A program made the translations under genes and the position numbers. From contig JAYTHY010000131.1 of the NCBI GenBank assembly GCA_043732185.1, forward strand, positions 1 through 19,916: DNA of 19,916 nucleotides. The letters are read 5' to 3'. The notes beneath the pieces are model-generated. The model had not been told where the DNA came from. It searched no databases and saw nothing but the letters and a program-made list of their open reading frames with translations. Positions 1 to 8,098 of the stretch are shown piece after piece; the stretch's first letter is position 1, and each line of letters begins with the position of its first letter. Source of the DNA: Fibrobacteria bacterium. GTDB taxonomy: Bacteria; Fibrobacterota; Fibrobacteria; UBA11236.

Positions 1-340
1 CAATCAAGTGGCTGCGTTCACTCCTGATGAGATCAAAACGCTCTCACCTGGGCAAATCAACGCATTGGGTAAAAACATTAAATACCTTAGCAACGCGGCA
101 CTGGGCGTCCTGACACCCAATGATCCTGTGGGGCATCAAATTTCTGCTATCAGTCCGGAGCAAATCACAGCGTTATCCCCCGAACAGATTAGTGTAATCG
201 CAGGAGTAAAAAATAACACCGGAATTGCTTCGCTGAACGGAGAAGCGTTTGCAAGCCTAAGTCCCGTCCAAATCGCAATCCTTACTGCTGCCCAAAAAGC
301 ATCCTTATCAGCAGCACAACACACTGCATGCGGCTGTTGA
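1..340 (+). CDS. C-terminal fragment of a protein with tandem 8-residue (L/I)(S/T)PxQIxx repeats; function unknown; truncated by the window edge
   Basis: The frame is open from position 2 (AAT CAA GTG...) to TGA at 338-340. Repeats: FTPDEIKT-LSPGQINA, ISPEQITA-LSPEQISV, LSPVQIAI-LTAAQKAS-LSAAQHTA. Ends in CGC. Confidence 0.8.
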   Translation, partial: NQVAAFTPDEIKTLSPGQINALGKNIKYLSNAALGVLTPNDPVGHQISAISPEQITALSPEQISVIAGVKNNTGIASLNGEAFASLSPVQIAILTAAQKASLSAAQHTACGC

Positions 341-429
341 GTTTTTAATAAAAAAATCTACCCCCTACCAATGCGGCGGGCGCCTCAAATATGTTACTGA
401 TGCTGTAGCGTCTATGAAAACCACTAAGT

Positions 430-1149
430 CTAAGGCACGCAGTTCGCTCCCAACGCGCAATTCATGGGCTCATCTTTTAGCGTCTCCGCATCCACCCAAT
501 CGGCGGGCACAACTGTAAGGTTTAGACGTTTGCATTCGTCCATAACCAACTTTGCGCTCCAATCGAAAACCATTCCATAAAACTTGCTGCCTTCCACTCC
601 TGGACGGCGGGCAATAGCGCCGATGAATCGGCCTAAATGATCTTTCAGGAATTTTCGGGTCGCTTCACCGACTCTTTCCGCGCCTTCGGAATCATTGGCT
701 TCTGTTAGATGCACTTCCTTCATCAGCATCAGGGAATAGAATTCCAATTCGATGGCCACATGGTCCAGCATTTCCATGCCACCCAAAGAGGTGTCCAGTT
801 CAAATCCAAAGGCTTTATAGAATCCGGCGATATCGCTGAGTTCAGTACCCTTGGCCATGGCGCGGCGACGGTCGTATTCGGTTTCATAGATGGGATTGGA
901 ATCCTTGCCATTGTCGAAAATGGTGATGTATTCCGATTGGAGATCCTGAATGTTTTCCGGTAAGGTTCGTTCCAGAATCATGTCGCGGAGTTCCTCTGGA
1001 ATAGTGATGTTATCATCATCAAGCAGTAAAGGGACGTTTTCAGAAATGAAATCCATAGGGTATGACGTTAAAATGGAAGCCAGTACAAATGGAGCAGGAT
1101 TGGTTTTGGTTGGAAGGGAATCTTTGGCCGGAATAGATTCGGTAGTCAT
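430..1149 (-). CDS. TorD/DmsD/NarJ-family molybdoenzyme maturation chaperone (delta subunit, NxrD-like), 239 aa
   Basis: Motifs PIYETEY, LSDIAGFYKAFG, EMLDHVAIELEF and FLKDHLGRF are typical of the TorD family. The start was moved to the ATG at 1149 (MTTES...), which follows GAGGAG and lies 1 nt after the upstream stop. Last gene of the operon. Confidence 0.9.
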   Translation of the reverse strand: MTTESIPAKDSLPTKTNPAPFVLASILTSYPMDFISENVPLLLDDDNITIPEELRDMILERTLPENIQDLQSEYITIFDNGKDSNPIYETEYDRRRAMAKGTELSDIAGFYKAFGFELDTSLGGMEMLDHVAIELEFYSLMLMKEVHLTEANDSEGAERVGEATRKFLKDHLGRFIGAIARRPGVEGSKFYGMVFDWSAKLVMDECKRLNLTVVPADWVDAETLKDEPMNCALGANCVP

Positions 1150-1150
1150 T

Positions 1151-2011
1151 TTATTTCTCCTCGATTTGGAAGGGCGTCCAAGCCATGGTAATGGCTTTGC
1201 GCGATCCGACTTCATCTTTTCCACCCTGCCAAACCGCAACCCCGAAGGAAGATCCTTTACCGATTTCTAATACCGAACCACCCGGACACTTGAGCGCGCG
1301 GGAAATGACAACAACCCATTGGCCATCTTTCCATTCCCCATGCCCAATGGAATTTCCACCTGCTGTGACAACGGATGTTCCAAAACCTTCCGCTAGCATT
1401 TCATCCACAGCGCGTTTGCGGCTCGACTGCGGATTGCCTGCTGCGATAGCGGGAGAAAAAGTTTCCATTTGCTCTGTCGTTGCTGCCTTCAACTTGCCCC
1501 GATCCGGAAATTCATTGGGGTAGATATCGGAATGCATATTGGGGTAAATATCCTGCACGGTTTTTTTTCCGACTTCCGCATCGTGTTGGTATTGGGCTCG
1601 CCAATGGAAGATGTTCACCGGGTTCTTGGCAACGCCCATGAAGATGGGGGGAGGCGCGGCATTGTCCAAAACCGGAAACTCCAAGGCAACGGCATCGGAA
1701 AATTCAGCCAGTCTACCCGCTTCGGAATTTTCCTTATCGGCCCATCGCAACCGAAAAGCAATGTACTTGCCATCATGGACGATTTGCACCATGACCTTTT
1801 CGGTTTCAGCTTTGGCCGGCATTGGCTTGGTTATCATCTGGGCCATTAACATTACTGAGTCAGCGGGGACGCCACTCCAATAATCGGCGTTTATCATGGG
1901 CGGCTTGGAAAGGTCCGCGGCCACTTTATGCACGGAATAATCATCTGCCCCAGCCATGGAATAGCAAAGGGCAGCGAGGGATATCGATAGGTAGTTCTTC
2001 ACCGGATTCAT
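1151..2011 (-). CDS. Periplasmic heme b gamma subunit, ethylbenzene-dehydrogenase EbdC/NxrC-like
   Basis: N-terminal Sec-like signal (MNPVKNYLSISLAALCYSMAGA). EB_dh-type motifs: HDGKYIAFRLRWAD, FSDAVALEFP, PIFMG (candidate Met ligand), VNIFHWRA, AEGFGT, W..GQW.VV..R.L, AVWQG...E.GSRK (candidate Lys ligand). No CxxCH. RBS AAGGAG. Confidence 0.88.
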   Translation of the reverse strand: MNPVKNYLSISLAALCYSMAGADDYSVHKVAADLSKPPMINADYWSGVPADSVMLMAQMITKPMPAKAETEKVMVQIVHDGKYIAFRLRWADKENSEAGRLAEFSDAVALEFPVLDNAAPPPIFMGVAKNPVNIFHWRAQYQHDAEVGKKTVQDIYPNMHSDIYPNEFPDRGKLKAATTEQMETFSPAIAAGNPQSSRKRAVDEMLAEGFGTSVVTAGGNSIGHGEWKDGQWVVVISRALKCPGGSVLEIGKGSSFGVAVWQGGKDEVGSRKAITMAWTPFQIEEK

Positions 2012-2020
2012 TCCGACTCC

Positions 2021-3151
2021 TTAAGGTGTATTGTTTCTGGAGACTTTGAGCTTGTCATCATACATGGCCCGTTCGAAAATGGGTTCCGTTACCGGTACCC
2101 GGACAATTTCATCGCCCTTTTCGTCGAAGCCCATGGCCATGCCATCCTTCACCTTGAAGCTATGCATGATGCGGTCTGTACTGCCAATCAGGACCATCAA
2201 TCCTTGGGAGATGGGATCATTTTTCAAGTTCTTGTAATTCTCAATCGCCTTATCCACCTTGGGGCCAAACATCTGCAAGAGGTAATCCCGGTCTGCATGA
2301 ATCGGCGGGATGTAATAGATATTCGGTTCTAAACCCAATTGAGGATAGTAGGGAAGGGCCAGTTCCTTTTTATGGATAAGGTAATCCACTGGATTGTCTT
2401 CACGCAGATTCCAAGGAGGATTCACAAAACCCATCACCCGGATTTTTCCGATGCAATTTTGCACACACATGGGCTGATAACCCTTCTCCACGGCTGGATA
2501 GCAGCCAATGCATTTTTCACTGGTGCGGGTATGTGTGTTGTACATTGATTTTTTATAGGGACAAGCTCTAACGCATTCGCCATACCCTTTGCAGCGGCTT
2601 TGATCGATCAAGACAATGCCGTCTTCTTCGCGTTTGTAAATGGCTTTGCGCGGGCAAGAGGCCAGACACGCTGGATAGGTGCAATGCGCGCAGGTTCTCG
2701 GCAGATAAAAAAACCATTTGTCATGAGGAAGACTTATTTCCTGACCGGTGGTGACATTGCCTAGGCAGTCGTCTTCACCATTATTGGGATACATCCAATC
2801 TTCATCCTTGGGGGCGAAATGGGCTACCACTTCCGTAGGTTTAGCCGCTTCGAATATGGTTTTACCATAGTACGGCTCTTTCGCCTTCCATGCCTGTTGG
2901 CCCAGTTGCTCAAGAACACGGACGTCCCAAGCCAAGGGATAGGAGCCATAAGGTTTGGTCTCCACATTATTCCAGAACATGTATTCCTGGCCTTTGCCGC
3001 TCGTCCACGTGGTCTTGCAAGCCAGCGAACACGTTTGGCAAGCGATACATTTATTCAAATCGAATACAATGGACCATTGCTTTTTGGGACGATTCTCCGC
3101 ATAGGGATATTCCATCTCACGCTGTAGGTGCCAATTCTTTACCTTTGCCAT
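2021..3151 (-). CDS. nxrB: Iron-sulfur beta subunit of nitrite oxidoreductase / periplasmic Nar-type enzyme (NxrB/NarH-like)
   Basis: Four Cys groups: CIACQTCSLAC, CAHCTYPACLASCP, CKGYGECVRACP ([3Fe-4S] type, Tyr in place of Cys) and CIGC...CVQNC. GQEYMFWNNVETKPYG and AIYKREEDGIVLIDQ are NarH/NxrB hallmarks. The N-terminal NWHLQREMEYPY resembles the periplasmic NXR clade. The symbol reflects the family, not a proven reaction direction. Confidence 0.9.
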   Translation of the reverse strand: MAKVKNWHLQREMEYPYAENRPKKQWSIVFDLNKCIACQTCSLACKTTWTSGKGQEYMFWNNVETKPYGSYPLAWDVRVLEQLGQQAWKAKEPYYGKTIFEAAKPTEVVAHFAPKDEDWMYPNNGEDDCLGNVTTGQEISLPHDKWFFYLPRTCAHCTYPACLASCPRKAIYKREEDGIVLIDQSRCKGYGECVRACPYKKSMYNTHTRTSEKCIGCYPAVEKGYQPMCVQNCIGKIRVMGFVNPPWNLREDNPVDYLIHKKELALPYYPQLGLEPNIYYIPPIHADRDYLLQMFGPKVDKAIENYKNLKNDPISQGLMVLIGSTDRIMHSFKVKDGMAMGFDEKGDEIVRVPVTEPIFERAMYDDKLKVSRNNTP

Positions 3152-3154
3152 GTC

Positions 3155-6100
3155 TTAACCCTTCTTCTTCATAAAGTGGCCCTTCAAGTATTCTTTCATC
3201 GCTTGATTTTCGTAGGTCGGCCGGAAGCCTAGGGCCGCCGGTCTCCACATGCCTTGACCATTCAAACCTCCGTTTTCGGCCTTGGTGATTTTCACGAAGG
3301 ATTCGCGCGGTGCGCCTGTGGGGCAATGGATATCGGCCGCAAAACCTTTCTCTATGCCTTGACCAAACATGGTTTTATGCACCAAGGTTTCGGTCATTTG
3401 CGTGGGTCGTAGCCAAGCGCGTGTGGCGCTTTGATGGGACCCATACCGGTACATGGACTGATAATTGGTTTCCGGACTCTTGGCCAAACCATCCGGCCTG
3501 GTTTCCGCGCCCTTCACGCTCCCAAAAGTAGACCCGTACATATTGTGCCATGTGCGTGTTACCCCCCGTGGTGTGCCTGGATAATACCTGGCTCTGAGCA
3601 TCAGCCTAGCCACCTTATATTCTTCCGTTCCCGGTTTGTGACCTCTAAACGGGCGGTCTTCCGGATCCGCATCGATATAGACATAGTCTCCGTCTTCCAC
3701 ACCCAGTGCCTTGGCGTCCAGTGGGTTGATGTCCACGTACCCTTCCACGATGGACGGCATGCGCTTGTCATGGCGATACACGTCACCGAATGGACCAAAC
3801 CAGATGGCATTGATATCCGTATCGACCGGCGTCGAGTGGGCGCCATGGCGATACTTGGGGGTGTGGTAGATATGGGTGTAGTTTTTGAGCTTGAGCGGAT
3901 GTTCGCTCTTGAGCATTTCTTCACCGGACATCATTACATTACGTGCTTGTCGCGTTTCAGAGCTGACATCCTTTTCGTCAAAGCCATAATCCTTCGGGGT
4001 TTTAAACCGCATGGCGGCATGTTTCTTACCTACAATGACATTGGGCTCATGGGGCGTCGAGTCCACCGGTTCCCGGTAAATGACCATGTTCTCACCGCCT
4101 TCGACGAACTCGACCTCGGGACGATAGAATTCCAGGCGTCCGGATTTCGTATGCCAGGGTTTTTCCGACCTCGCCTGTTCATAGGAAGAGATGCGCGGAT
4201 ATGTGCGATTGTTCATCAAAGTGGGAATACCCTGTTTGGCCTTATTCTCCATATCGTTGATGGTATTGCCCTTCAAGGTTGCCGATGCATTGACGATTCT
4301 TTGGAGATATTCCGATGTGTTTCCTTCGGTGGCAAACTTCCACATGTCGGACATGCGTTTGTCATTCGTCACCTTGGCCATGGCATTGGCCACGCCGGCG
4401 ATGATTTCAATATCGGCTTTCGTATCGAAGATTCTCTCCAAGGGTGTTCTTGGAAATACTTGTAGGAATGGATTCGAACAGGATCCACACATATCCGGTT
4501 GCTTGAACTCGGCCCAGGAATCGCAGGCAAAGACCAGGTCCGAGTACTCGCAGGAACCGGTCCACCACCAATCCGAATAAGCAATGAATTCCAGTTTGGG
4601 AAGCGTGTTGTTTACCACATCAAAATGCCATTTGATATTACCGATTACTGAGTTTGAATTGTTGAGCCACATGCCTTTGGTTGGAGCCGGCATATGACCC
4701 TGGCCCGTGAACATTTTATCGCCCACCTTTAGCGGCCGGTCCCCGTAGTTGAAATAATGTAGAGATTCATAGTGTGAATATTTTTTGACCGTGGGTTTTC
4801 CGCCCACTTCCATTTGCAAATTGAAAGGATCTTCGGCAGCGTATACCGGCTCACCGCCAATCAAAGCTGTGCGATAATTGCCGGCATAACTTCCGACATT
4901 GCCACCGGCAAAGCCTACGTTTCGGGTTAAGGCCGCTACCATGAAAATGGCGCGATCTTTAAGGTCGGCATTGAAGAACTGATTGGGTCCCATGCCGCAT
5001 GCAAAGATGGTCTTTTCCTTATTCTTGGCGATTTCCTTGGCCAATTTTATGATGCCGGTAGCGGGGCATCCAGTAATTTTTGATACTTGAGCCGGGGTCA
5101 TATTTGCGTCCAGGTATTCCTTTGTCAGGCTATACACGGTGCGCACATCCACCTGAGTTCCGTCCAGCAGTTTAATCTTTGCCTGATGTTTCAATTCAAT
5201 GGTTGCATTCAATTTTTTGGCATGGTCGCCATAATCATCGCGGGACACGGGAACATATTTCTTGGTCTTTTTATCAAAGACGACAAAGGGCTTAAAGTCG
5301 CCGCGCATCGCCTCGGGAACAAACTGTTCCAACTGCTCGCTGCCAGGCAAGGGTTTGTCGGTTTTCTGCATGAACTTTACCGACGTCAGCTCCGGCGCCT
5401 TGAAGTCTGCGATGAATTCATCTGGGCGGAGAGGTTGCAGGGTATCCAGTCGTATCAGAAACGGAAAATCGGTTTTGTTTTCCACGAAGTCTTGATCATA
5501 AAGATTATTGGCCATGATATATTGGCAAAGACCCAGAGCGAAGGCCGGATCTGTTCCCGGTCGAATCACCAGCACATCGTCCGCCTTGGTTGCGGTGGCG
5601 CTGTATTCCACCGTTACGGCCACGGTTTTGGTGCCTTTGAGTCTGGCTTCCGTCAGCCAATGGGAGTCGGGCATTTTGGTCGTAATCCAGTTCATACCCC
5701 AGACAATCAGAAGCTTGGAATTTTCCACCGTGAACAAATCGAAATCGTTAGTTTGCTGGCCCGTGACCATGGGATGTCCGGGAGGCAAGTCGGTGTGCCA
5801 GGAATACGAATCCCAGCCGCGACCTCCAGTGGCCTTGTCCGGTCCCACTCCGCGAATCTTGGAATCCAAAAGCGCCAACATATTGGCGAACCGATACAAA
5901 CCGAAAATGCGCGTAGCGCCCAAAAAGGCCATGCCCCCGCGGAACTTTAAGGTTTGAACACCTGCGCCTTCCATGGAATGGATCATGGAGGGATCGTAGT
6001 TTTGCTCCTTTAAATACTCCTCGCCCTTGGGTCCGGAATAGGTGGTAGCGATATTGGTCATGGTCTTGGCGGCGTATTCGTAAGCCTGATCCCACGGCAG

Positions 6101-6634
6101 TCTTAGCCACTTGTCTTTTCCGCGTTGGAAATACTTGGCATCCGGTTTTCCAGTTTTGGCATCGCGTGGATAACCGGCATCGACCCATTCCTTAAACCCA
6201 CGACGAATCATTGGGGCTTTGACGCGCCGATCCCCGTAGAACCTACGCACCAGGGCCAAACCCTTTTGGCAAATACGCGGATCCCAGCGATGCGAGCTTT
6301 GATTCCCATACAGATCCACCGCTTTGCCATAACCATAGCTAGGGCCGATTCTTTGCAGCACACCGTTTTTGACCTTGGCTTTCAGTAGGCAATTATGCGT
6401 GTCATTGGGCGCGCAGAGAAAGACGAATTCAGAATCGTGCTCGAAAATATTCCGGTAGGTTTTTTCCCACTCCCGATCCGGATAGGCCGCCAGTGGATTG
6501 TCGATAGCCGTCGGCTTAAAATAGCGGAGCGGGGTTGCCTGCGCCCATTTGGCTGCCGCGAGCGAGCCCCCCACAATGCCCATGCCTTTGACGAAACTTC
6601 GCCGACTGATTCCTTTATTAATCTCTTCGCTCAT
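3155..6634 (-). CDS. nxrA: Molybdo-bis-MGD catalytic alpha subunit, type II DMSO reductase family, NxrA/periplasmic NarG-like, Tat-exported, 1159 aa
   Basis: Tat signal SRRSFVKG plus hydrophobic stretch and AQA cleavage site. FS0 motif [10 protein letters not shown]39-C. Mo-ligand region [20 protein letters not shown] aligns with NarG [20 protein letters not shown]. Also [21 protein letters not shown] and [13 protein letters not shown] at 6634 follows GGAGGA and overlaps the upstream TGA (ATGA). Confidence 0.92.
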   Translation of the reverse strand: MSEEINKGISRRSFVKGMGIVGGSLAAAKWAQATPLRYFKPTAIDNPLAAYPDREWEKTYRNIFEHDSEFVFLCAPNDTHNCLLKAKVKNGVLQRIGPSYGYGKAVDLYGNQSSHRWDPRICQKGLALVRRFYGDRRVKAPMIRRGFKEWVDAGYPRDAKTGKPDAKYFQRGKDKWLRLPWDQAYEYAAKTMTNIATTYSGPKGEEYLKEQNYDPSMIHSMEGAGVQTLKFRGGMAFLGATRIFGLYRFANMLALLDSKIRGVGPDKATGGRGWDSYSWHTDLPPGHPMVTGQQTNDFDLFTVENSKLLIVWGMNWITTKMPDSHWLTEARLKGTKTVAVTVEYSATATKADDVLVIRPGTDPAFALGLCQYIMANNLYDQDFVENKTDFPFLIRLDTLQPLRPDEFIADFKAPELTSVKFMQKTDKPLPGSEQLEQFVPEAMRGDFKPFVVFDKKTKKYVPVSRDDYGDHAKKLNATIELKHQAKIKLLDGTQVDVRTVYSLTKEYLDANMTPAQVSKITGCPATGIIKLAKEIAKNKEKTIFACGMGPNQFFNADLKDRAIFMVAALTRNVGFAGGNVGSYAGNYRTALIGGEPVYAAEDPFNLQMEVGGKPTVKKYSHYESLHYFNYGDRPLKVGDKMFTGQGHMPAPTKGMWLNNSNSVIGNIKWHFDVVNNTLPKLEFIAYSDWWWTGSCEYSDLVFACDSWAEFKQPDMCGSCSNPFLQVFPRTPLERIFDTKADIEIIAGVANAMAKVTNDKRMSDMWKFATEGNTSEYLQRIVNASATLKGNTINDMENKAKQGIPTLMNNRTYPRISSYEQARSEKPWHTKSGRLEFYRPEVEFVEGGENMVIYREPVDSTPHEPNVIVGKKHAAMRFKTPKDYGFDEKDVSSETRQARNVMMSGEEMLKSEHPLKLKNYTHIYHTPKYRHGAHSTPVDTDINAIWFGPFGDVYRHDKRMPSIVEGYVDINPLDAKALGVEDGDYVYIDADPEDRPFRGHKPGTEEYKVARLMLRARYYPGTPRGVTRTWHNMYGSTFGSVKGAETRPDGLAKSPETNYQSMYRYGSHQSATRAWLRPTQMTETLVHKTMFGQGIEKGFAADIHCPTGAPRESFVKITKAENGGLNGQGMWRPAALGFRPTYENQAMKEYLKGHFMKKKG

Positions 6635-7029
6635 GTTCTTTCCTCCAATTTCGTGCAAAGACGGGTGGGCTCACCGGTCATGATCGAGAAGACCATGTCG
6701 GCGGGCCAGGTTATGTTTCGATTCACACTGAGTTCACCGGCTTGATTGGCTGCAATCGCATAGTAGATAGGGGATTCGGAAATGGACCGAATGCGCAAGC
6801 CTTCAGGTAGAGATTCTACCAAGAGGGAGTCGGATCCTACCGGCCTTTCAGTTCCAACAGGAAAATCGGATAGCCTTCCGATTTTAAAGTTCGATAATTC
6901 GATGGATCGTCGTCGTTCGTGGGCTGGCATTCGAACCTTGGCCATCGATGGGTCGTTTGACTGTGCAATGGAATTCTTTTCCCAAAATGCTCCAAATAAA
7001 AATGACCTTCTTCCCATCGTTGCCATCAT
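6631..7029 (-). CDS. Hypothetical protein: Rieske-like fold remnant without CxH/CxxH cluster ligands, about 132 aa
   Basis: Coupled to nxrA by an ATGA overlap. Starts (7029 or 7026) just after the upstream stop, with an AGGGA RBS. Contains RRSFL, FKIGRLSDFPVG and Y.I....GEL.V segments like PetC/QcrA-type Rieske proteins. Confidence 0.7.
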   Translation of the reverse strand: MMATMGRRSFLFGAFWEKNSIAQSNDPSMAKVRMPAHERRRSIELSNFKIGRLSDFPVGTERPVGSDSLLVESLPEGLRIRSISESPIYYAIAANQAGELSVNRNITWPADMVFSIMTGEPTRLCTKLEERT

Positions 7030-7036
7030 GAATTCC

Positions 7037-7900
7037 CTAAGCCGCCGTGGTTCCAAGCACCGCTTGCGGTGTGACATCTTTAAGGGAGAGCCCAGGAAAT
7101 TTTTCTTTTACGAGGTTGTGAAATTGCATTCCCAAAAGGTTGCTGTTCCCGCATAGCAAATCAGTCGAGGACGAAAATTCAAAAAACAGGACCCCTTCGC
7201 GGAAACCTTTGAGGACGATGGAAATTCCCGAAGTGCGTTGAAAGTAAGCAGCGATTTCGAAAAGTTCCAAGGCCATATGTTCGGGCAGAGGCCCCCAGGC
7301 CAATGCTTCTGAATCGCTGCGGGCCGATTCTGTAAAAAAAACATCCGTACAAATAGCATCTCCATGTCTGACCGTGGCATGCCGAGCCAATCGCTCCTTT
7401 TCTCCCAGTCCCATCACCAATCCATCCAAGGCTTCCCGCCAGTAATCGCAGGCATGAGAACCGGATTCTACGCAGTAGTCACAGCCTTTACGATTCAAAG
7501 TGCGGGCGTTTTCGCTTACTGTCCAGTCCCCTTGTACGCAAGGTATATTCGATTCAGTCAAAATCTTTTGAAAATCCTCGACTTCAAATGTTAGTCCCAG
7601 GCGTTTAGACAAGCTCAGCGCCAATTTCCTGCTTTTATCAAATATGCTCCGTAAAAGCGTATCCTTGGCCTTTTCCTTTTCATCCGCATTCATGGATTCG
7701 GATTCGATATGCGTGAAAAAAAGATTTACCAAGTAGGATTCAATGGCAAACGATTCCGATGTCGTAGTTTCCGCCCACGCAGTAGCCGATCCTGCCCCTT
7801 CTGCCGGATCAATTTCCGGAAATGCCGAAATTCTTGCTTTAAGCCATCGTTGGTTAAAATCGAAACTGTCAAACTGCTGTAGAACTTTTGTCGCGTCCAT
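7037..7900 (-). CDS. Hypothetical protein: central V4R/MetOD1-like Cys-containing domain plus C-terminal NifU-C/Nfu-like domain
   Basis: GCDYC-x7-C-x7-GLVMG...HATVRHGDAIC fits the V4R-family Cys pattern. The C-terminal ISIVLKGFREGVLFFEF...C...LVKEKFPG resembles an Nfu domain. First gene of the operon. No obvious SD, so the start is uncertain. Confidence 0.7.
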   Translation of the reverse strand: MDATKVLQQFDSFDFNQRWLKARISAFPEIDPAEGAGSATAWAETTTSESFAIESYLVNLFFTHIESESMNADEKEKAKDTLLRSIFDKSRKLALSLSKRLGLTFEVEDFQKILTESNIPCVQGDWTVSENARTLNRKGCDYCVESGSHACDYWREALDGLVMGLGEKERLARHATVRHGDAICTDVFFTESARSDSEALAWGPLPEHMALELFEIAAYFQRTSGISIVLKGFREGVLFFEFSSSTDLLCGNSNLLGMQFHNLVKEKFPGLSLKDVTPQAVLGTTAA

Positions 7901-7915
7901 TGATTGGGGACTGAA

Positions 7916-7932
7916 AGCAAGTAATGCGCCAG
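7916..7932 (-). promoter_or_regulatory. sigma54 (RpoN) -24/-12 promoter for the molybdoenzyme operon
   Basis: The minus strand reads CTGGCGCATTACTTGCT: GG-N10-GC, close to the consensus YTGGCACG-N4-TTGCW, and oriented towards the 7900 start. Confidence 0.7.
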
Positions 7933-7994
7933 ATACTAAAGTCTCACTATTAACGAAAATTCCACTATTACGAGACTTAATTTAAACCTAAGGC

Positions 7995-8016
7995 TTGCCA
8001 GTCTGGCAATTTGGCA
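7995..8016. promoter_or_regulatory. Putative transcription-factor/enhancer site: palindrome TTGCCAGTCTGGCAA plus overlapping TGGCA-ATT-TGGCA
   Basis: Perfect 7-1-7 inverted repeat at 7995-8009. Three TG(C/G)CA pentamers in 8-bp phase (7996, 8004, 8012), about 65-85 bp upstream of the sigma54 -24 element. Confidence 0.55.
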
Positions 8017-8098
8017 AAGGTGTAATGACTGCTTTGTCAAATTGCGGGAAAGCATAAATGCTCTATTCGATTCAAAGTTGCATTCAGAAAAATCTTTA

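Noticed and set aside
341..429. Bidirectional intrinsic terminator between convergent genes
   Set aside because: No convincing GC-rich stem followed by a U-tract. Only an AT-only inverted run is present.
1150..1239. Longer start for the chaperone as given in the ORF track
   Set aside because: It overlaps the gamma gene. The ATG at 1149 has a strong GAGGAG RBS.
1561..1568. Other 8-nt homopolymers (T8 at 1561-1568, A8 at 9761-9768) as phase-variation sites
   Set aside because: Reading frames are intact, and such runs are common in this sequence.
3431..4465. 344-aa plus-strand ORF (also 5087-5950, 287 aa) antisense to the alpha subunit
   Set aside because: Both lie wholly opposite a clearly real gene, have no recognisable motifs and are explained by codon-bias shadow ORFs.
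3155..6634. Calling the enzyme canonical cytoplasmic NarG, or asserting nitrite oxidation
   Set aside because: The Tat signal, Cys/Asp FS0 motif and lack of narI exclude canonical NarG. Reaction direction cannot be determined from sequence.
6635..6658. TTG start at 6658 for the alpha subunit
   Set aside because: The ATG at 6634 has a GGAGGA RBS, an ATGA overlap and places the Tat motif at a normal distance.
8025..8040. Possible FNR/CRP box ATGAC-TGCTTT-GTCAA
   Set aside because: The spacer is 6 nt rather than the 4 nt of TTGAT-N4-ATCAA. It is better explained as part of the TGNCA box set, or as chance.
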